A stretch of 64,000 nucleotides of DNA, taken from contig NC_042997.1 of the NCBI RefSeq assembly GCF_006345805.1, forward strand, positions 87,234,001-87,298,000, in the 5' to 3' direction. Origin of the DNA: Octopus sinensis (Eukaryota). Both the position numbers and the translations under genes were made by a program. This document shows positions 24,753-36,574 of this stretch, one piece after another. Each line of letters begins with the position of its first letter. The stretch's first letter is position 1. The notes under the pieces were generated by a model. That model saw only the letters and a list, made by a program, of their open reading frames with translations. It did not search any database and was not told where the DNA came from.

Positions 24753-25230
24753 TATTGTAATAAATATCTGACCGAGTTACCTTTCTTGTAATTTAAAAAA
24801 ATTACATATTTCATATAAATTGATGGATCAGCCCAAAGTCGGTTATTCTTTTATTTCAGTGATCCCAAAGAAATTATTACAATGATAATGAATTTTGTAC
24901 ATCCATTTATATTCGCAAGTTAGTAAGATAACAAACAATATTTTAATTCAAACGAACGAAAAAAATATTAAATAACACAAACATCTTATTCTGACCATTT
25001 GTATTGTGGAGAACTTGTGTTTGTTTTACACCGTTTATTCAATTGCTAGAAAACTCTTCCATACAAGGGCTTAACATTTTCGATAATCCTTTTGTTTTAA
25101 ATTGATTAATCTCACCCCAAAGTGGCCGTTTGAAAGACAACACATTGAAAGTATTTTCCTTGTAAATTTAGACATTTGTTTGTGAATTTGTTTGAAGAGG
25201 ACATTTCTTGTCCTCGGACGACACTACAGT

Positions 25231-25389
25231 ATGGCGTCGAACGACATCGGAGATTGGTTTCGCAGCATTCCACGGATTACTAAATTTTGGTTTGTTGGAT
25301 CTATTGCACTACCTCTAGCTGCAAAATTTGGTTTGATTTCACCTGTGATGTTGATTCTACGATATGATTTTGTAGTCTACAAGTTTCAG
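25231..25389 (+). CDS. DERL1: Derlin-1 exon 1 (MASNDIGDWFRSIPRITKFWFVGSIALPLAAKFGLISP...YKFQ)
   Basis: DIGDWFRSIP.IT..WF matches the Derlin-1 N-terminus; 159 nt; GT donor. Confidence 0.95.
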
Positions 25390-26391
25390 GTTTGAAAACT
25401 TTATCATAATACTTTTAAATGAAAGAAATTATAATTTTATATACGTCTAATATAATTGTAATGCTTTGACAGAATCGTAAATGATTTTTCAAATAACTAT
25501 AGTTTGTTATGTATAAATATTTAATACTTCTCTGTAAAAGAATGTTATGCAATTTATACTCAATACTGAATATATGAACAGTGTATTTTATTTTGGTGTT
25601 TGATATAAATATCTCATCAAAAAGGCCTACTAAATACAAACTCAAAAGATCCGACGACTATCGGGTCAACGAATGGCTTCGACGTTGTTGCTCGATGCGA
25701 GAGAACTAGAAACCAAAAGTGGTTTTGGTTATGCAAAGTAAAAAGAAAAAAAAAGGACTGATCACAGCATGAGCGTCTTCTTAATTAGGGCTGATAGGAA
25801 AGAAACAACAACCGAATGTCACGTTGACAACTCGGAAGTGGCCAAAATATCTACTGTTGATTGATATTTTAATTGAAGTCACGTTTGGCCGGAACTCTCT
25901 ATGTTGGTATTTAAAAAAATATTGACATGAGTGAGGAACGAACCCCAGTTCCTGACTGGCTGAGAGGGTACATACACACAAACATATATACTTAGGCAAT
26001 TTTGTGTGTGTTTATGCGTATGTGAATCCTACACTCTAGATCAAACACGTACAGATAAATGTCGGACAGTTTTATTTAGCTGTGGGAAATTTATGATGCC
26101 GACGAGTTTAAACTTTTGACTTTCTTTTTGTGTCGAATTTAGTTGACTTTGATAACGAAAAATTCCTTGTTTCGCTTAAGCTAAATAAGTAAGGGGGTTG
26201 GTATTATAACACAGTTATAAAATAGAGAAGTGCATGCTAACCTGGACATTACAGAAACAAATGAAGCAAGTAAGAACGAACCCTAGCCACTTACAGACAT
26301 GCAAAATAAATACACGAGAACTCACTCCTACACGCACTCTCTCATACACGCATACATACAAAAAAAAAAAAGATATGCATATGTATTTATA

Positions 26392-26482
26392 GGTGGAGGT
26401 AAAGAATACGTACACCACCTAGTTTTGGCGTAACAAAAACCCTAACTCTTTACACTAGGTGTATGTATTCTTTACTTTCGCC
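26392..26482. mobile_element. 91-bp hairpin mini-element (same family as 4609-4680)
   Basis: 18-bp arms at 26399-26416 and 26458-26475 match at 17/18; aaccctaac core at 26438-26446. Confidence 0.6.
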
Positions 26483-27719
26483 GTATTTATTTATGTATGT
26501 ATGTAGATATGAAAGAGAATGGGTTTGTGTGCGTGTGTGACTGACTACAAATACATACAACGCGCGCACACATACACACCCACTATTTTTCATAAACACA
26601 TGCATTTCGTATTACACGTACATCTTTCACTTTCTCCTCTCACTTCAAAGCAAATGTCGCCTTCCACACGTCATGAAAACAAAAGTAAAATAAAAAAAAT
26701 TATTCGGAATTTAACGAACAATCAGCTGATCCAATTTGACACTTAAGCTGCTAAAGCCGAAATATTGCCTCCAAAATGTTTATATAGATTTATACATTAA
26801 TCGAAATCAATCAGACACGTTTGTATATCATGATGAATTAATTCCATCACGCCCTTCACGCAATAACATGTAGAGCAGCCCTCTTTATAAGCAAACAACA
26901 ATAATCTGTTTTTATAATCAGTATTTTCTGTCAATGTGGCATGGATCTTTAAAGTTGGGGGCATGGCATTATCGATGAAACATTGGTAAAGCAAAGACAA
27001 CTTCACTGTGAAGTAATTTAACAACTAATAATAGCCTCACTATACTATTGTTTACCATAGACAGATTTCGGAGTGAAGTTAACTGTAAGCAGTAAGTGGT
27101 GGGCGCCAGTAACCGGATTTATACAAACCTATTTGCGTATAATTTTGTTTGTAGATACTCATCAAACTTTTAAAATACTTTTTATTGGAAATAATTATAC
27201 TTTTAACTAATATTTGCTATAATGATATTAACAGTTCTTCAAATCAATCATAACACTTGTGGTTTTCACAAATAATTGTTCTGCCAAATTGCTTTAGACA
27301 GACTGCGACTGAAGGACCGTTTGTACATGTATTCTGAAAGGCGACATTTTGGAAAAGTTTCGTTGCCTCTTTATATTTCAAGATGAATTAAATAAAAGTT
27401 CTGAATTTTGATGGAAGGATAAGTCATGTTCTTTTCAATGTTTTTAACATTTTATTTAGTGTCATAGAGTTAAAACCTATTTGTTATGTTGCAGTTACTT
27501 TTCAAAAATCAGTTTGGATGTTGCAAATATGTGAGCTATGGATTGCAAGGCTTAGCAAATGTCATAGAATGATTAAAACACTTTAAAGCTTAATTAAACA
27601 AAGAAAACACACATAACTGTTGTAGATTCTAGTGATTATACTGATGTAGATTATATTTAACTCCTATAGGTTTACACATTTTAGAAAATTGGTGGTAGAG
27701 AACGTGGGTATCATTGAGA

Positions 27720-27950
27720 CTTATATAGGATTTATATCAAATCTAAGGATGAAGTCCATGTATGACATATACTCAGTAATCGGCTGTAAACAGGGCGAAA
27801 GTTTAGATCAGTATCTCCAAGATTTAAAGGTTTTTACGTGAACTGCAACTTTGGCTCTCATTTGGCTGAAGAGTATGAGAGCAAATATCATCTGAACGCT
27901 TTCATCTCAGGCATCCATTCAAGCTACATTCAATGTTTATTGGAGAACCA
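27720..27950 (+). mobile_element. Ty3/gypsy gag remnant
   Basis: IETLYRIYIKSKDEVHV*HILSNR/KQGESLDQYLQDLK/NCNF...NAFISGIHSSYIQCLLEN resembles the gag motif RRQ.PGES.D.YL..LK....C.F....DAFI.GL....RQRLLE. Confidence 0.7.
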
Positions 27951-28547
27951 GCCTAGTCATCTATGACAGATGGAGGCCTCAGATAACATAATTTCAGTGC
28001 CCATGTTGCCATGCTTGGATGGATGAGTGGGTCTTCTCTCTCACTGTTTACCACCAGTCAATATCATTCTTTGTCATGTCCATGAGCTTTGTCTCCACAA
28101 TTCTGTATTTTTGGAATTTTGTTATATTATGTATTGGTCGAAGTGATGTCTTCATCTTGGTTGTTGCTTTTCACTACATTTTGACTGTATACTCCAGCCT
28201 TCTTCAAGCATCTTGTGATTCACCTTAGTCCCTTGCCTGAGATTGAACTCAGAGCTTCTAGGTAACTGCTCTGCATTATCTAACTCCTTTATCCACTATG
28301 CTACATCTGCAGTGTCAGAATGAATTTTTAAGATTTCTAAACCTCCATTGATGTCTTATGTCGGTTCTGTACTGATTGGATAATACAGTTCTGTAATTTT
28401 GAGGTGAGAAATTTTTATAGCATGAATTAGTTGGAGTGGTGTCTTCATCTTGATGGGTTTTTTTTTGTATCTGTCTTCTCCACTTCTCTGTCTTCCACAG
28501 ATTCCATCGTTTGTGTGTGTGTATATATATCTTTATGTGTATCTGTT

Positions 28548-28585
<38 letters not shown>

Positions 28586-28877
28586 ACTTTCCTGCCATAG
28601 GCAACATATGAATGTTCAGCTTTTCCAAATGTCCTACACAAAGGATTTGTTTATAGTGATCAAATGTATGTCACTACCTCCATCAAATTGAGGTGTTGCA
28701 GTGATTGCAGAGCAACGCGAGATGAAGTGTTTTGCTCAAGAACACAACAAAACGCACCACCCCATGTAGGAATTGAAACCATGATCTCGCAATCGTGAGT
28801 GCAACACCCTAACTATTAAGCCATGTGTCGTACTGTGTGTGTAGATATATATATATACACACACACACAGACACACA

Positions 28878-30079
28878 GAGGGTCTTGCAGATAAATTGAG
28901 ACAATTTTTATGATGCAGAAAGCTGGTTATAAATACTAAAATAATGGTAATAGACAGATGTAATTTTAATGTAGCATTTATTACAACAAAAACGTTTATC
29001 ACTCAATATGGCTGCCCTTTTGGGCAATTACTGCCTCCACATGAGAACAAAATTTTTTTGCAGCTGCTGCAACTTCTGCCTTTTTGATTTTGTGTGTTGC
29101 ACACATAATGCAGGTCTTCAAACTGTTGACACTCAAGTATGGGCGTTGCTTGAAGTATGCTCCATAAAAAGTAAGACGGTTGAGATCTGGGTTACTACTG
29201 GGCCAGATGTTAATCCTCACAAGTAATGGCACCTCACCAAGGATGGTCTGTGTTGCTTTTGATCCATGGCGTGGTGCAGAATCCTGGATAAGTGCCACAT
29301 TATCAAGCGCAAACTTCTGCTCCATCCAAGGTAATAGAGAGTTCTTCAGGATATCCACACACTCCTTTGTACCAATCTTCAAACCAGACTCATTGAAGTG
29401 TGGATCCATGACACTTCCATCACTCACCATGGCTCCAAATACCATCAGAGAGGCAGGGTTCTTAATCTCAAACACTGAGGGGATGTCAGAAGGGTTGTAT
29501 GGTATCACTTGAGAATTTCAGCATCCACAGTGAACTTCTTGTCCACAAACATGAGAGTTTTTCCTGCACCTTGATGCTTGATGAATGGTAGGAGCTTTGG
29601 GTATCTCTTGGCTCTCATTACTTTGGCCTTGGCTGTTAGAAGGTGACAGTGTCGCCGAACATAACTAGTCATGCTAAGGTTCCTGTTCTACTCTGGATAT
29701 CAGGGAAAGGGACACATTGCATTTCTTGGATGTGGATGGGTTGGCTTTAGTTGAGCGTTTGAGGCCAGTGAGAAACATTGAATTGCACTTGGAATCACTT
29801 TGAGTCTTGTGTTCGTTTCTATCAATCTTTCCCTCTTCTTTAAATTGTTTACACACATGATAAACTGTTGCTTTTGGCAGTGTGCTTGGCATGTGCCAAA
29901 ACAACAATTGTGGAACGATTCTGTTGTTCCTTGACTTTCTGTTGCTGAATCAGTTTGCTATTTACCTGAAAAATAAAGAGGATTAGATTTTCAAGCAAGC
30001 AAGGTTTTGTGAAAAAAATTAAATGTTGAACCTACTAAGTCAACTGCTTAAAATTGGTCTCAATTTATCTGCAAGATCC

Positions 30080-30081
<2 letters not shown>
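28878..30081 (-). mobile_element. Near full-length Tc1/mariner transposon (maT/DD37D-like), decayed
   Basis: TIRs gggtcttgcagataaattgagacaatttt (28880-28908) and aaaattggtctcaatttatctgcaagatcctg (30050-30081). ORF motifs ASLMVFGAMVSDG, QDSAPRH and WPSSNPDLN; N-terminal HTH in 29674-29907. Confidence 0.88.
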
Positions 30082-30112
<31 letters not shown>

Positions 30113-30117
<5 letters not shown>

Positions 30118-33100
30118 ATAACAATTCAATAAATAAAACATATGCATACATACATACATACATACATACATGTACATACCTACATCTATATGTATATATA
30201 CATGCATATATGGGTACAGGACACCACAAATAAATGTAGAGCACAACAAGAAACGAAAACATAAAAACAAAACAAGGAAACAGACTTTTTTTTAACAATG
30301 AAAAAACAGAGTACAAGACAAACAACACAAGGAACATTCCCCTTCCTCAGCTGCCCCTGTTTCGACTCATTGCGTGTTTCGAAGGTAAGGGCAGAACACG
30401 ACTACATTGAAACACTCCTTCCCGCAAAGCGAATTAAATAAGATTTTTGCAGAGGGGTAAAAAAAAGGTGATAAGAACAGGACGTAAAAGCAATACAAAT
30501 AAAGATAAAAACAGTAAAAGACAGGACAAGGAGAAACCAACAATAAGGGCTTTTTTAAGCCTGGACGGTGGAAAAATTCATTTGAACGCATTCTGAAGAA
30601 CAGATTACGAGGACAGAAAAAGCCGTTGTTGACTTGTTGAAAGCAGTAGACAGAAAGTTAGTAGCTCTCTGGTCAGCGACGAGAGGGAGGAGTGAGAGAG
30701 AGAGGAAACGGTGAAGGGGAATGATCCTTGTGTTGTTTGTCTTGTACTCTGTTTTTACGTTGTTAAAAAATGTCTGTTTCTTTGTTTTGTTTTTATGTGG
30801 TGGTAGCAGGGAATTGTATCAGACAGCCAGAAGGGAAGCTAGGAGACAGGTTTATTTAGCCAGAGGCGAAGCGGATAAGAAAAAAATTGCCAATGTTCTG
30901 AGCCGTGAGGATGAAAGACTTGAGGTATTTCGTGTTGCAAGACAGTGTGTGAGAGAGAATCGTGATGTGGTAGGAGAGAAATGTGTCCGCGTGGATGATG
31001 GTTCACTTGCGCTAAATGAGGATGCAAAGAGAGAGGTTTGGAGATGCCACTATGAAAGGTTGCTGAATAAAGAAAATGAATGGGATAAAGAGAGTCTGCC
31101 GAATGTCAACCCAACAGAGGGACCAGCCATCCGAGTTGAAAATTCTTTGGTAGTTAAAGCAATTAGAAGCATGAAGACAGGGAAAGCCCCAGGCCCATCA
31201 GGAATTACTGCAGAGATGCTCAAAATATCTGACAGTGTCGGCTATAACCTAGTCACCCGTATAGTCAACCAAGTGATACACGAAGGAGTCATACCCAATG
31301 ACTGGTGTAGCAGCATACTAGTCAACTGCTACAAAGGTAAAGGTGATGCCCTAGATACAAATAATTACAGAGGTATCAAACTGTTTGATCAGGTAATGAA
31401 GGTTACGGAGAGGGTCATAGCCCAACTAATTAGAGAGAGAGTTAGTTTAGATCAGATGCAGTTTGGGTTTGTGCCAGGGAAAAGTACCACTGATGCTATA
31501 TTCCTGGTAAGGCAGCTGCAGGAGAAATACCTAGCCAAAGATAAGCCCCTGTACCTGGCTTTTGTTGACATGGAGAAAGCCTTTGACAGGGTCCCCCGAT
31601 CCCTTATCTGGTGGTCAATGAGGAAACTAGGGATAGATGAATGGCTGGTGAGGGCTGTGCAAGCCATGTACAGAGATACCGTAAGTAACGTTAGGGTTGG
31701 CAACATGTACACAGAAGAATTCAAAGTAGAGGTTGGGGTCCACCAGGGTTCAGTACTCAGCCCCCTCCTATTTATCATAGTCCTCCAGGCAATTACGGAG
31801 GAATTCAAGACAGGTTGCCCCTGGGAGCTCCTCTATGCTGACGACCTTGCTCTAATTGCTGAGTCACTATCAGAACTGGAGAAGTTCCAGGTGTGGAAGG
31901 AGGGTTTAGAATCGAGGGGCCTTAGAGTCAACCTAGCTAAAACCAAAGTACTAATAAGTAGGAAGGTAGACAATCCACAAATGTCTTCAGGAAGATGGCC
32001 CTGCTCGATCTGTAGAAAAGGTGTAGGTAGAAACTCTATAAGATGTACCCAGTGTAAGCTATGGACACATAAGAGGTGCAGCAATGTCAAAGGTAGGCTA
32101 ACTGGGAAGATAGTTTTTGTATGTGGCAGATGCTCGGGAGCATTAACCTCCGAAAATCTGCAGAAAACAACTTCCGTCACTTTCCAGGGGAAAAAACTAG
32201 AAGTAGTTGATAGCTTCCATTATCTAGGTGACCAAGTCAGTAGTGGGGGTGGGTGCGTTGAAAGTGTAACTGCTAGAATAAGAATAGCCTGGGCAAAGTT
32301 TAGGGAGCTCTTACCTCTGCTGGTGACTAAAGGCCTCTCGCTCAGAGTAAAAGGCAGACTGTATGATGCATGTGTACGAACAGCCATGCTACATGGCAGT
32401 GAAACATGAGTCGTGACTGCTGAGGACATGCGTAAGCTCGCGAGGAATGAAGCCAGTATGCTCCGATGGATGTGTAATGTCAGTGTACATACTCGACAGA
32501 GCGTTAGTACCTTGAGAGAAATGTTGTACCTAAGAAGCATCAGTTGTGGTGTGCAAGAAAGACGTTTGTGCTGGTATGGTCATGTGGCGAGAATGGATGA
32601 AGATAGGTGTGTGAAAAAGTGCCAATCCCTAGCAGTTGAGGGAACCCGTGGAAGAGGTAGACACAGGAAAACCTGGGACGAGGTGGTGAAGCACGACCTT
32701 CGAACTTTAGGCCTCACTGAGGAAATGACCAGCGACCGAGACCTTTGGAAATATGCTGTACGTGAGAAGACCAGGCAGGACAAGTGAGCCCAGCCCACTT
32801 ATGCATGCCTTTCCTCCCTTGGACACAAAGACCTGTTGAGGCAAGCGAAGTCGATATCGAACCTCATCCGACGACAGGCACCCATGCCAACCCCCTTTGC
32901 TTGCGAAGACATGTTGGGGCAAGTGAAATTGAAATCGAAATTGAACCAATCCTATGACTGGCACCCGGCAGATGCCAGGACCCCTGGACTGGTGGTACGT
33001 AAAAAGCACTATCTGAATCGTGGCCGATGCCAGCGCCGCCTCGACTGGCTTCCGTGCCGGTGGCACGTAAATTGCACCAATCTGACCGTGGCCGTTGCCA

Positions 33101-33441
33101 GCCTCGCCTGGCACCTGTGCGGGTGGCACGTAAAAAGAACCCACTACACTCACGGAGTGGTTGGCGTTAGGAAGGGCATCCAGCTGTAGAAACATTGCCA
33201 GATAAGACTGGAGCCTGGTGCAGCCTCCTGGCTTCCCAGATCCCCGGTCGAACCGTCCAACCCATGCAAGCATGGAGAACGGACGTTAAACGATGATGAT
33301 GATGATGTTTCTCGTTGTGTTCTACGTTTATTTGTGGTGTCCTGTACCCATATATGCATGTATATATACATATAGATGTAGGTATGTACATATATGTATG
33401 TATGTATGCATATGTTTTATTTATTAAATTGTTATGATATA
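30113..33441. mobile_element. Fold-back/MITE-like element with ~230-bp inverted arms; right arm split by an RTE insertion
   Basis: The left arm (30113-30345) equals the reverse complement of 30713-30798 joined to 33309-33441. Confidence 0.8.
30799..33306 (+). mobile_element. Young 5'-truncated RTE-clade LINE: RT with an embedded PHD finger, 3'UTR and (GAT)n tail
   Basis: One frame from 30799 to 32787 is open except for TGA at 32407-32409 (at a Trp position). Motifs GKAPGPSGI, QFGFVPGKSTTDAI, FVDMEKAFDRV, GVHQGSVLSP and YADD (31834-31845); tail gatgatgat to 33306. Confidence 0.95.
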
Positions 33442-33485
33442 ACTGAAAGCACGCGTCGTCTTCTTCCAAGTAAGTTTTATATATA

Positions 33486-33633
33486 TGGCGTTAGGAAGGG
33501 CATCCAGCTGTAGAAACATTGCCAGATTAGACTGGAGCCTGGTGCAGCCTTCTGGCTTCCCAGAACCCCGGTCGAACCGTCCAACCCATGCTAGCATGGA
33601 GAACGGACGTTAAACGATGATGATGATGATGAT
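33486..33633 (+). mobile_element. Short element consisting of the RTE 3' end with a (GAT)n tail (one of many copies in the window)
   Basis: Near-identical to 33161-33306 (ggcgttaggaagggcatccagctgtagaaac...gaacggacgttaaacgatgat). Confidence 0.85.
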
Positions 33634-34381
33634 ATATATATAAAAGGATCAAATTTCAAATACTAGCCTAGATTCCAAATGTAGAAACAAATTTGGATGA
33701 TAAATTCTGCAGATTTCACACACTTGTCTCCTATGAAAATTAAGCAGTTACACATGTCAGTAAGAATTTTCATTCTGATGAGGAGACTGTCAAAGTCTAG
33801 AAATGTTCATGATTATGATTGATTTAGGGACTTTATTACACCCAATGAACTGTCAGGGACTCGTACAAAAATATGAAAAAACCTCTAAGAAATCATCATT
33901 GTCGTCATTTTAATGTCCACTTTTCCATGCTTCCATGGGTCAGATTGAATTTGTTGAGGCAAATTTGCTATGGCTGGATGCCCTTCTTGTTGCCAAACTT
34001 CACTTGTTTCCAAGCAAGGTAATATTTCCACATGGAAAAGAAGTATGTTTTTACAAATGATTGAAAATAAACCACACTGCATGTATAAATGTGACACTTA
34101 CGTTCAACTATTGCATGATACCAAGACAAGGAGACTACAAGCACGCACATGTACACAGACACCTCCCTGGCTTTTTAATGTTTCTATCTAACAAATCCAC
34201 TCTAAAAACTTGTTTGGTTTGGGGTTATAGTAAAGACACCTGCCCAAGGTGCTGCACAGTCAGACTGAACTCAAGACCTTGTGGTTGGGAAAGACACTTA
34301 TTTACCACACAGCTATGCCTGTACTTACATGTATAAATAAGGTATAAAAAATATGTGATATGTTTTTGTTTTTCTTTTCAG

Positions 34382-34481
34382 ATATGGCGGTTGTTAACTT
34401 CAGTTCTGTATTACCCTGTTGGTTTCCATTACCTCTTGAATTTGTACTTTCTATATTCTTACTCAGTTCGTTTGGAAACAG
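34382..34481 (+). CDS. DERL1: Derlin-1 exon 2 (IWRLLTSVLYYPVGFHYLLNLYFLYSYSVRLET)
   Basis: ttttcag acceptor; WR motif and LYFLY.YS.RLE; 100 nt; GT donor. Confidence 0.95.
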
Positions 34482-35149
34482 GTATAATTGCTATTTTATT
34501 GCCTTTTTTGTAAGTATATCTTTCTCAGTTCCACCTCTAAACGAAAAATTGAGAAAGATTAATGGATGTTTAATTTTAAAATTCTTATCTTTTAGGCAAA
34601 ATATTTGTTTGAATTTAGGAAGATATGAGATAATGTTTTATATTGTTTCTTTAATTTAGGGATAAGGGTCTGGTGGTTTGTCTCTATTTTTATGCCAAGG
34701 GAGACAACAGCGTTGAAATATTTCAAATTACAAGACAATGTTGTTTTGACATATGATGTTGGTGTGAATTGCCTGAAATAATAAGTGCCCTTCCCCTAAT
34801 GACTATAAAAAGAGAAAGGAGATATGAGTATTACTATGTGAGGCACTAAACAAACAATACAAATGAAGAGAAAAGAGAGAGTAAGTTCCTGAACCAATCA
34901 ATTTGGTATATGTACACATGGTCTTCAGGTAAATTGTGACAGTCATAACTTGCTGAATGGATTAACGAATCCTACATAACTGGACTTTTCCAAGACTGGT
35001 CTTTTCTCCTAAAGATGGGACTTTGAGCCTGAAACATAAAGGTTTCATTAAACTTTCCGCATTGTCAGAAGCTGTCTAGTACCGATCTTGAACTGTGGAA
35101 GAAAAAAAAGCTCATTATCATAGAATTGAAAAAAAATCATTGATAAACA

Positions 35150-36540
35150 TGAGAGAGGAGTGTGTGTAGTGGACATAGCACGTCAATACGACCGAAGTAT
35201 GTCGGTGATCTGCACCATCCTGAAGAAAAAGGATGAGATCAAGGCTGTTACAACAGTAAGGTATGTCTCCAGGCTCTCCAAGCAATGTTCATCTGTCCAC
35301 AAAGAGATGGAAAAATTGCTTCTCCTGTGGATCAGCGAGAAGCAACTTGCAGATGATACAATTACAGAGATCATAATTTTCAAGAAAGCATGAGCACTGT
35401 ATGGTGATCTTCTGAAGCAGAACCCTGAAACATCAATGGAGGAGACATCAGCAAACATATATAAGGCCAGTCACGACTGGTTAGGTCATTTCAAGAAGAG
35501 AACTGGTGTTCATAGCGTTGTCAGGTACGGAGAAGCAGCGAGTTCTGACATGAAAACAGCTGCGTATTTTGTGCATGAATTCTGTCAGCTCATCGCAGCT
35601 AAGGGGTACATCACACATCAGGTATTCAGCTGTGATAAAATTGGCCTTTTTTTGTAAAAAAAATGCCCAAAAGAACCTGCATAATTGCAGAGGAGAGGAA
35701 AATGTCAGGCCACAAGCCTATGAAAGATAGGCTGACTTTTGCACTTAGTGCCAATGCAAGTGAGCCTTGAAGATTAATCTGTTCCTTGTCTACCATTCCA
35801 AAAATCCATGAGCAGCCAAGTTGCACAAAATCCTGAAGAAGAAACTACAGGTCATGTAGAGGGCAAATGTTAAAGCCTGGGTCACCAGGCAATTCTTCAC
35901 CAAGTGAGTCAACCTTATTTTTGGACCAGTAATGAGAAAGTACCTTCTGGAGAACAATCTTCCTCTCAAGGCCCTCCTCATTCTCGACAGTGATTCTGCT
36001 CACTCTCCTAATTTTGAAGATGATATCCTGGATATCCTCTGTATCTATCTGTCTGCCTGGCTATCTACCTCTCTTACCCTCTGTCTCTCTATCTGTCTGC
36101 CTATCGATCTCTCTTCTTCTCTGTCCCTCTCTTTATCTGTTTGTCTGCCAATCTCTCTCTCTCTCTCTTCCCCTCTGTCTCCCTCTCTATTTATCTTCCC
36201 CTCTATCTGACTATCTGCCTATCTATCTCTCTTTCTATCTGACTATCTGCCTATCTATCTCTCTGTCTATCTGCCTGTCTGTCTCTCTGAGTGAGTAGGG
36301 TGTTATACTCACATAAGATTGTGGTTTTGAATCTTGGATATGTTCTTCAGAAAAGCATTTTATCTGTGATCTCTTAGACATGTAATTGTGGTACACTATG
36401 CATATGTACAAACAATGTTGATTTGGTGGTGGTAGTGAGCTAATATGCAACACAGACATTTGACCACTATAAACAAATCATCTGTGTACATTATTCAACA
36501 AGAAAATGGTGAACCCTCATCTGTTGTACAAGAGTCTACG

Positions 36541-36574
<34 letters not shown>

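Noticed and set aside
26797-27024. 75-aa minus-strand ORF in DERL1 intron 1
   Set aside because: No recognisable homology or splice context; length is within chance expectation.
30721-30798. N-terminal hydrophobic MILVLFVLYSVF... of the 562-aa ORF as a signal peptide
   Set aside because: These codons come from the fold-back arm into which the truncated RTE inserted; the fusion is fortuitous.
32707-33273. 188-aa minus-strand ORF and overlapping ORFs
   Set aside because: Antisense or alternative frames of the RTE 3' end and UTR. Similar peptides recur wherever the repeat recurs.
33770-33830. Hammerhead-like CTGATGA-g-(agact/agtct stem)-a-GAAA
   Set aside because: Stem II lacks the G10.1-C11.1 closing pair, the only plausible stem III puts G at the cleavage position, and no stem I can be drawn. 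At most a decayed Penelope-type end.
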